Virus record (IMG/VR): IMGVR_UViG_3300020603_000002
DNA from: an uncultured virus (IMG/VR IMGVR_UViG_3300020603_000002)
Taxonomy: Duplodnaviria > Heunggongvirae > Uroviricota > Caudoviricetes
Length of the DNA: 57,085 nt
Direction: 5' to 3' (one strand)
Within the stretch, counting starts at the first letter, position 1; each line of letters opens with the position of its first letter. This document shows positions 48,067 through 54,435 of this stretch, in pieces. Below the pieces are notes generated by a model. That model saw only the letters and a program-made list of their open reading frames with translations. It was not told the origin of the DNA and searched no databases. The position numbers were made by a program, and so were the translations under genes.

Positions 48067-48909
48067 TCAACAGATATAAGTAGAATCTTGCATTACACCA
48101 TTAAGAATTAAAAATACGTTATAACTTCCACCCTGCCACATAACAAAATAACCCGTATCTTCCGTAGAAAAACAAGTTTTGTCATTTGAATACAGAAGGT
48201 CTCCAACGATCAATTGCTGACTATTAGTATATCTGTCATAGTATCCATTTACACTATCAGTCCCTGCTTCCAAACCATTGAGGGCTAAACAGGCTAATAT
48301 GGTGTTATTTCGGAAGTCACCAAAATTTGTTGTACTATAAACAAGTTGATTATAAAACTGATGTACACAAACAGGTTGATTCGGTGTCTGTGTGGGAGTT
48401 GGGGTTAAAGTTGGTGTCGGAGTAACAGTCATGGTTGGTGTAACACTTATTTCTGGTTCATTAGTTGGTGTGGGTGTTGGTGTTGGAAATGGGGTTGTAC
48501 AACAACTATACTCTAAAGTATAACAAGGATTATAAAGGATATCAATCGAGTTAAAACTTTCAACAACATTTATATATAGATTTTCTCTAACAGGTAGCAC
48601 TAAAGTTCCCGTTTCATTAATAAAAACAAATTGACCCTCATACCTACCTATTTTCGAAGTGTCTTGAGGCGTAAATTTGTAATATATATAAAACTCGGCC
48701 GAAGCATTAGGATCCATTTCTAACTTTTCTACAAAACCAGCACTTTTAGTTAAAATTTTTGGAATTCCATTTTCGGTACTCACCATTGAAAAAAAAACAG
48801 ATGAGGTTTCAATAAATTTCATCATAGAATCAAAATCTTGCGTCCCGTTTTTGACAACTTGCATTTTGAGTAAAGGTAAACTTGTATTTTGTCCTATTGT
48901 GAATTCCAT
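48067..48909 (-). CDS. Putative virion accessory protein with BppU-like N-terminal domain and Pro/Thr linker (paralog 2)
   Basis: Start reassigned to ATG 48909 (MEFTIGQNTSLPLLKMQVVK) by similarity to the adjacent paralog. Linker PTPTPTPT...VTPTPTLTPTPTQTP. Confidence 0.65.
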   Translation of the reverse strand: MEFTIGQNTSLPLLKMQVVKNGTQDFDSMMKFIETSSVFFSMVSTENGIPKILTKSAGFVEKLEMDPNASAEFYIYYKFTPQDTSKIGRYEGQFVFINETGTLVLPVRENLYINVVESFNSIDILYNPCYTLEYSCCTTPFPTPTPTPTNEPEISVTPTMTVTPTPTLTPTPTQTPNQPVCVHQFYNQLVYSTTNFGDFRNNTILACLALNGLEAGTDSVNGYYDRYTNSQQLIVGDLLYSNDKTCFSTEDTGYFVMWQGGSYNVFLILNGVMQDSTYIC

Positions 48910-48946
48910 CCGAACTTTTTTAATAAATACCTTGTTTTTAATTTCA

Positions 48947-49987
48947 CTAAGGACAAATACCCCCCACACAATTGTTAATTCCACCACTTACTGAGATGAA
49001 ATCGTAATGTTGAGTAAATGCACCACAAAACGTTTGAGAACCGTTGAAAGGTAACGTTATAGCAACAGTATTTCCACTACAATTTACGTAGATAGAATTA
49101 AGTACATTGTTTTGTGTTTTTGTGTATGTGAAGCATTTACAACCAAATGGAGATCCACATTGGTGAGAATTTATTACTTGACTATAATTACCAAACATAC
49201 CACTGTACTGACCGACGTATACGATGGTGTTTGGTAAAAACGGAACCCCATTTCTTTTCAATACTCTAAACCAAGCACCATTCGTAGCAAATGAGTATGT
49301 GTCAAAATTGGGTGTTGCCCAAAGGGTTTGACTAATTGTTAATGCAGACATTACGGGTGTATATGCCGTTACATATTCATCACTTTCTGAGCAAGCAAGG
49401 TTTGAGTTGCCAGACCCAAAAGCTATAACCCACTCTGTGTATCCAGTTGGTTGTGGGCCATTAGTTGTTGTGGTTGTTGTCACAGGCATTAATGTAGTTG
49501 TTGTGGTAATTGGTGATACTGTGGTCGTAGTTGTTGTTACTGGAGGTATTGGTGGTTGTGGTGTTAATCCACCAAAACAACACGGATAATCTACAACATA
49601 ACAAGACTGAAATTCAAAATCGTTGATTACAAAACTTTCAGTAACATTAATATATATTTCTTGATTGATAGGTAGTGTTAAAATACCTGTTTCATTCCGA
49701 AACAAAAACTGACCTTTGTATCTTCCAACTTTTTTTGTGTCGAACGGTGTAAATTGATAATAAACATAATATTGATCTTCAGTTATTAAATCCACAGGTT
49801 CTTTTTTCATAAATCCTGCTGGCCTCGAGACTATTCTTGGAACATCAGTTGTGATATCAACCATAGAAAAAAATACGTCAGTGCCCTCCAAAAACCTCAT
49901 CGATCTGTTGTAGTCATTTCTTCCATCCTTGATAACATTAATCTTCAACACAGGAAGTGTTGCGTTTTTTCTGATAAAAAATTCCAT
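48947..49987 (-). CDS. Putative virion accessory protein with BppU-like N-terminal domain and Thr-rich linker (paralog 1)
   Basis: MEFFIRKNATLPVLKINVIKDG...YYQFTPFDTKKVGRYKGQF, a VTTTTTTVSPITTTTT linker and a Cys-containing C-terminal domain. Confidence 0.65.
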   Translation of the reverse strand: MEFFIRKNATLPVLKINVIKDGRNDYNRSMRFLEGTDVFFSMVDITTDVPRIVSRPAGFMKKEPVDLITEDQYYVYYQFTPFDTKKVGRYKGQFLFRNETGILTLPINQEIYINVTESFVINDFEFQSCYVVDYPCCFGGLTPQPPIPPVTTTTTTVSPITTTTTLMPVTTTTTTNGPQPTGYTEWVIAFGSGNSNLACSESDEYVTAYTPVMSALTISQTLWATPNFDTYSFATNGAWFRVLKRNGVPFLPNTIVYVGQYSGMFGNYSQVINSHQCGSPFGCKCFTYTKTQNNVLNSIYVNCSGNTVAITLPFNGSQTFCGAFTQHYDFISVSGGINNCVGGICP

Positions 49988-50014
49988 CAAATCTTTTAAC
50001 TATAAATACTCCAA

Positions 50015-51682
50015 TTAAAATTCTTTTCTTAAATTAGATTCATAGAAATCAAACCTGTTGTGTTCGGTTGGAGTTAAAAGTAAGAGGCCTGGATATATTT
50101 TATTTTTAATTGTTTGTTTAAAACAATGAGACATTAAAGTTTGTTCATATGGAAAATCAAATTTGGTTTCAATATAACATTTATAATTTCCCTCTTTGGA
50201 CAAAATAATGGGCCAATTTGATAAATAAATTTCTCCAGTAGCATATGCTAACCCATCATAAGATTTTATATTTTTATATTCTAAATATGGTGAGTTTGCC
50301 GACTGACCGTGTTTAGGTAGTTGTTGATTGTTAGGCCAATGTTTTGATCTGAAATCTTGATCAACATTATACCATGACCATTGTCTTTCATGACTTCCAT
50401 AAAACTCTGTAAAGTTTAATTTTAAAAAATCAAAATTTTCTTTTTTTATAATTTGTAAAAGTTTTTTATACAGATGTCTAACATTTCTATTAAAACCATT
50501 TTTACAAACCGATTCACCACCAGTGTAAAAAAACATGTCATCTTCAAAAAACAAATAATATTCCATATCTGAGTTTTCGAAATGTTCGGCCACCCAAACT
50601 CTACCCCCCGTTATACCTATATTATCTGTTTTTATGTGTTCGAATCCATATCTATCACAAAGATCAATATACTTAGAGGTTGTTGAGTAATCTGTTGAGT
50701 TATTTAGAAGAAATTTATTAGTCTTTTCGATAAAATCTGAATCATATAATAACATTGAGTTTATTAACGCTTCGAATTGTTTGGGGCTGTTGAAACTTAT
50801 AATATATAAACCAACTTGACCATTAGTAATAGTCTTTATTATTCGTTCTTTCTTAAGTGATTTAATTGTTATATTATTGTTTTTTAAATCTTCAAAAAAT
50901 TTATATAAAAGACCATTGGGTTCAATTTCAACATAATCAATTATTGTTGGGTTGTTGTATAATAATATTGAGAACAAACTTTCTTCAGTCCCCATCAATC
51001 CTCTTTCAATCGTGGATTTCATAAGATTATAATAAAGAGTATTCATTTGTCTAATCAGACTGACGGGACCACCAAAAAAACCACCACGACAGACTTTATT
51101 GACTCTTGTACCTGTGATCTGATCCATTTTTTCAATATCAAACCCATGAATTTCTTTATCTGCCTGATAAGGAAAGCAAACAAACGTAAAGTTATCAAAA
51201 AGACTTTCTATTTTTGGTAATACCTTGTCATGCGTTAAATAACCCATTTGAACGGTATTTGCCAATCCAGCATCTATCCAATACAATTTTTCTGAATTAA
51301 ATTTATCAAGCAAAACGGCGTCATGTAAAATAAACATTTTAGACATTACAATAGGGTTATACATTTCAAGTTTCGCTTGAGTTGAATCCTTTAACCAACC
51401 TGCTAAATTATACCACGTAGGATTCGTTCTTATTTTTTGAATTGAATTAAAAAATTCATTATTTTTGAACCAATTTAGATCACGCAAAATAAATTGCGTG
51501 TTTGAATCATTTCTTTTTTCCATAACAAATTTCTGAAGTTCTACATCTCCAAAAATTATCATATTATTATCAACCTTTAGAAGTTGTTCGAATTTACTTA
51601 AATAGTGGTCAAAAGATCTTGACCAATTTTCAGATAAGTTTCCTCTACCTATATCCCATAAACCTGTTACTAATGTTATCAT
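50015..51682 (-). CDS. Two-domain glycosyltransferase: HtrL/YibB (WlaTC)-like N-domain plus GT-A C-domain
   Basis: ITLVTGLWDIGR...YLSKF...SKMFIL...WIDAG...GGFFGG...GTEESLF, and a C-domain with YYLFFEDD. Confidence 0.7.
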   Translation of the reverse strand: MITLVTGLWDIGRGNLSENWSRSFDHYLSKFEQLLKVDNNMIIFGDVELQKFVMEKRNDSNTQFILRDLNWFKNNEFFNSIQKIRTNPTWYNLAGWLKDSTQAKLEMYNPIVMSKMFILHDAVLLDKFNSEKLYWIDAGLANTVQMGYLTHDKVLPKIESLFDNFTFVCFPYQADKEIHGFDIEKMDQITGTRVNKVCRGGFFGGPVSLIRQMNTLYYNLMKSTIERGLMGTEESLFSILLYNNPTIIDYVEIEPNGLLYKFFEDLKNNNITIKSLKKERIIKTITNGQVGLYIISFNSPKQFEALINSMLLYDSDFIEKTNKFLLNNSTDYSTTSKYIDLCDRYGFEHIKTDNIGITGGRVWVAEHFENSDMEYYLFFEDDMFFYTGGESVCKNGFNRNVRHLYKKLLQIIKKENFDFLKLNFTEFYGSHERQWSWYNVDQDFRSKHWPNNQQLPKHGQSANSPYLEYKNIKSYDGLAYATGEIYLSNWPIILSKEGNYKCYIETKFDFPYEQTLMSHCFKQTIKNKIYPGLLLLTPTEHNRFDFYESNLRKEF

Positions 51683-52437
51683 TATCTTTCTAAATAACCA
51701 GTTTTATACCAAGTTTTTGAGTTGTCGTCAACACCTTCGTTTCTAAACCAAAAACAACCACCTCTATCATTTGGTAAATGACCTACAATAGGGAAGGATT
51801 CAACCCTAGCTCTAAAATCATTATCTTTATTATAATTCATCACAATTTTTTGTATGTTATGTTTTCCAAGATAAGCAGATAAAACTATATCATCACTCCA
51901 AGATTTACCAACAAATTCATCAAAAAAATCTTGTTTAAAAAAACCATTTTTATATGACACTGTTTTATATCCTTCTAAAATTTTAACTCTTGTATCTTTT
52001 TGAACTGTTGTACAAAAATGACAACTACCATCAAAAGAAGATATACCAGCAAACCCTAACGCAGAATCTGGATATTCTTTTCTTTTTTCAATATGGTATT
52101 CTATAAAACCATCGATATATTCTAGATCATCATCAACTGTTATTAAAATTGTATCATCATTCCTATCTAATCTCATTATGGTTGGTAATATTTTTGTTAA
52201 AGACCCATAATCTTCAGTTCTAAAAATCTTTAATTTTTCATCTTTAATTGATTCTAACCATTTAGGTATTACATATTTTTCATTTGATTTTTTACAAATA
52301 TCTGGAATATTCAAATGGATTTCATAGTTGTTATATGATAAACCCAACAATCTTTCAATAACTGGTTTTAACCCACCGACAGATCTATTTATTCTGTTTG
52401 GTATTGTTGTTAGTGTTAGTATTACTTTTTGATTCAT
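51682..52437 (-). CDS. GT-A fold glycosyltransferase
   Basis: Start reassigned to ATG 52437. Motifs ILTLTTIPNRI, DYGSLTKILP, ITVDDD (DxD) and SDDIVLS. Confidence 0.7.
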   Translation of the reverse strand: MNQKVILTLTTIPNRINRSVGGLKPVIERLLGLSYNNYEIHLNIPDICKKSNEKYVIPKWLESIKDEKLKIFRTEDYGSLTKILPTIMRLDRNDDTILITVDDDLEYIDGFIEYHIEKRKEYPDSALGFAGISSFDGSCHFCTTVQKDTRVKILEGYKTVSYKNGFFKQDFFDEFVGKSWSDDIVLSAYLGKHNIQKIVMNYNKDNDFRARVESFPIVGHLPNDRGGCFWFRNEGVDDNSKTWYKTGYLER

Positions 52438-52441
52438 TAAA

Positions 52442-53686
52442 TTATAAATTTCCAACAATCCTTTCACACCAATCTTTTGAAATTGAGTGAGGCCAAACAA
52501 CCCAATAGGAAGGTATTTTTGTCGTTGGGAATTCTCTCCATATTTTACCATAACCATCAGGATCATTTTTAATTCTTACAATTTCATTTGCGTCGGCATC
52601 TTGTCTAAAAATTGTTTCATGTTCTTTATCGTGAAATGCCACGACCCAAAAGTCATAATCGGTTTCGGTAACTTTATTTAAATCCAAATCAATACAATGT
52701 TTAAAAATTGTTGAAAATGTTTTTTTCCATGATTCCTCGTTTTCAAAATTGTACGTGTTTGGTGGATATTTTTTATCCAAAGTTTCTTGTTGAACCGCTC
52801 TTGTTCTGAATAATATTCCTGCGTATTTTTCATAGTCTTGTACAGTCCTTTCAGACCCAAACCATAATGAATAATTACCATCAAAAGTTTCACCATCTAT
52901 ACCTAATAACTGTCTGTTTTTAATGTGACAAGCAGTGTTTCTCAAATGCCAATCTTTATCATCATCCCATTGTTTTGTTCTACCTTTTCTTGTGTATTCA
53001 TGCCAAATCAAAACTTTATGTGGATGAAATAAGTCATAACCATGTGTATATGATCTTACCGTAATTGAAATTTCCTCACCATGAAAATAAAATTCAGGAT
53101 CGTGTTGGACTTCAATTGAAAATTGTCCTATCGTGAAACAATAGTGTGCGGAATAAAATCTAGCAGGAATAGGTTCTTTCATTTCCCTCCATCCTGGTAT
53201 AATTTCGGGTAAAAAGAATACAACTCCTTCAGGTGTAAATCTATCGAATACCATTCTCCACGGTTCCATAATGCGAGCGGCGGGATCATTATCAGGATCA
53301 AATGATGATACATATCCTGTAAGTAATGGTTTTTTATGCCCTTTCTTTTGAAGTTGTTTAATCATTTTAATCATTTCTTCGTCCCAATTTTTTTCGAATC
53401 TCATATGAGAATCAATTTGTAAAGTATATTCTTCTCCACCATACATTTGTTGGACTTGGTGTCTAGCCCAACAAACACCTTTCGATTCCGTATATGGAAT
53501 GTTTAATATTTTGAATCTTTTGTCTTTGGAATATTTTGATAAATCATCAAAACCATCTTCAGGATGAAATTGTCTTGCAATACCGAATCTAAGATTTCTT
53601 GGTTTTTTTGCATTTTCCAACATGTTTTCAATTGTTTGGATCAATTGTGGGTCTCTGTACGACGCGATTTGTACAAATATTTTCAT
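52442..53686 (-). CDS. GT60-like polypeptide/hydroxyproline N-acetylglucosaminyltransferase
   Basis: IFVQIASYRDP, GVCWARH, YTLQIDSHMRF (DSH metal motif), LLTGY and FHGEEISITVRSYTHGYDLFHP, characteristic of the Skp1 GlcNAc-transferase (Gnt1) family. Confidence 0.8.
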   Translation of the reverse strand: MKIFVQIASYRDPQLIQTIENMLENAKKPRNLRFGIARQFHPEDGFDDLSKYSKDKRFKILNIPYTESKGVCWARHQVQQMYGGEEYTLQIDSHMRFEKNWDEEMIKMIKQLQKKGHKKPLLTGYVSSFDPDNDPAARIMEPWRMVFDRFTPEGVVFFLPEIIPGWREMKEPIPARFYSAHYCFTIGQFSIEVQHDPEFYFHGEEISITVRSYTHGYDLFHPHKVLIWHEYTRKGRTKQWDDDKDWHLRNTACHIKNRQLLGIDGETFDGNYSLWFGSERTVQDYEKYAGILFRTRAVQQETLDKKYPPNTYNFENEESWKKTFSTIFKHCIDLDLNKVTETDYDFWVVAFHDKEHETIFRQDADANEIVRIKNDPDGYGKIWREFPTTKIPSYWVVWPHSISKDWCERIVGNL

Positions 53687-53723
53687 AAAATTAAAATATC
53701 AAACAAATATCAGTTGTAAATTA

Positions 53724-54020
53724 TTAAGGACCTTCAAAGATATAAATTGACGCATCTTGGAATAAAAAGATAGGAAAGTCTTGAAACATTTTCCCATAAA
53801 TTTTTTGGCAGTTAAGAGTATATATTTTTTCACAACCAGCACCATCAACAATTTTTAATATGATTGGTGTTGTGTTGTCTAATGGAAATGGTATGTCAAA
53901 TGTAAAAGGACCACCAACGATTGTTGCAACAAAAAAACAATAAGTTATGGTTGCATCACATACATAGATATCAAATGGTGATGTTCCCGAAATTGAATTT
54001 ATTTGTAATTGATTTGGCAT
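53724..54020 (-). CDS. Hypothetical protein (98 aa, small beta-rich)
   Basis: ORF with an upstream TATTTAT motif; ISGTSPFDIYVCD...LKIVDGAGCE. Confidence 0.65.
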   Translation of the reverse strand: MPNQLQINSISGTSPFDIYVCDATITYCFFVATIVGGPFTFDIPFPLDNTTPIILKIVDGAGCEKIYTLNCQKIYGKMFQDFPIFLFQDASIYIFEGP

Positions 54021-54103
54021 TAAAGTCGGTATTGTTTTTAGATAAATATTACTACCCGACTATTTCAATAACTTTTTGATATACCTGAAGAACTGACGGG
54101 TGA

Positions 54104-54361
54104 CATTCAAATTTTTCTTTTCTTTCTAAACAACCAACCAAAGAAGGAATACCTTGTATTGATCCCCACTCTCTAACACCAACAGTAACTCAAACGGCTA
54201 GTTTGACACCGAGTCATACACCAACGCCAACAGTTACACCATCATACCATCCATGTGGATATCAACCAATTATTGTAATACCAAGCCCAAGTAATTATAG
54301 GACACCAACACCAACACTAACACCGAACATCAACCCGTGTTTGTTGAGAAGTCTTCAATGA
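54104..54361 (+). pseudogene. Startless Pro/Thr-rich open frame, probable gene remnant
   Basis: 85 sense codons between TGA 54101 and TGA 54359 encode ...SLTPTVTQTASLTPSHTPTPTVTPSYHPC...RTPTPTLTPNINPC. No ATG. Confidence 0.4.
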
Positions 54362-54435
54362 CAAAAATAATAAATTACAATAATTATAATGATATATAGA
54401 TTTAGTTTCCAAGTCATAAATATTTATAGTTTAAG

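Noticed and set aside
3633..52896. Many 60-120 aa ORFs nested in or antisense to long genes (for example 3921, 11040, 15782, 39695, 46069, 47315)
   Set aside because: They overlap well-supported genes, mostly use non-ATG starts and show no protein motifs.
50015..53686. Glycosyltransferases as DNA-hypermodification enzymes
   Set aside because: No base-modifying partners (hydroxymethylase, kinase) nearby, and GT60-like motifs point to protein acceptors. Not excluded for genes outside the window.
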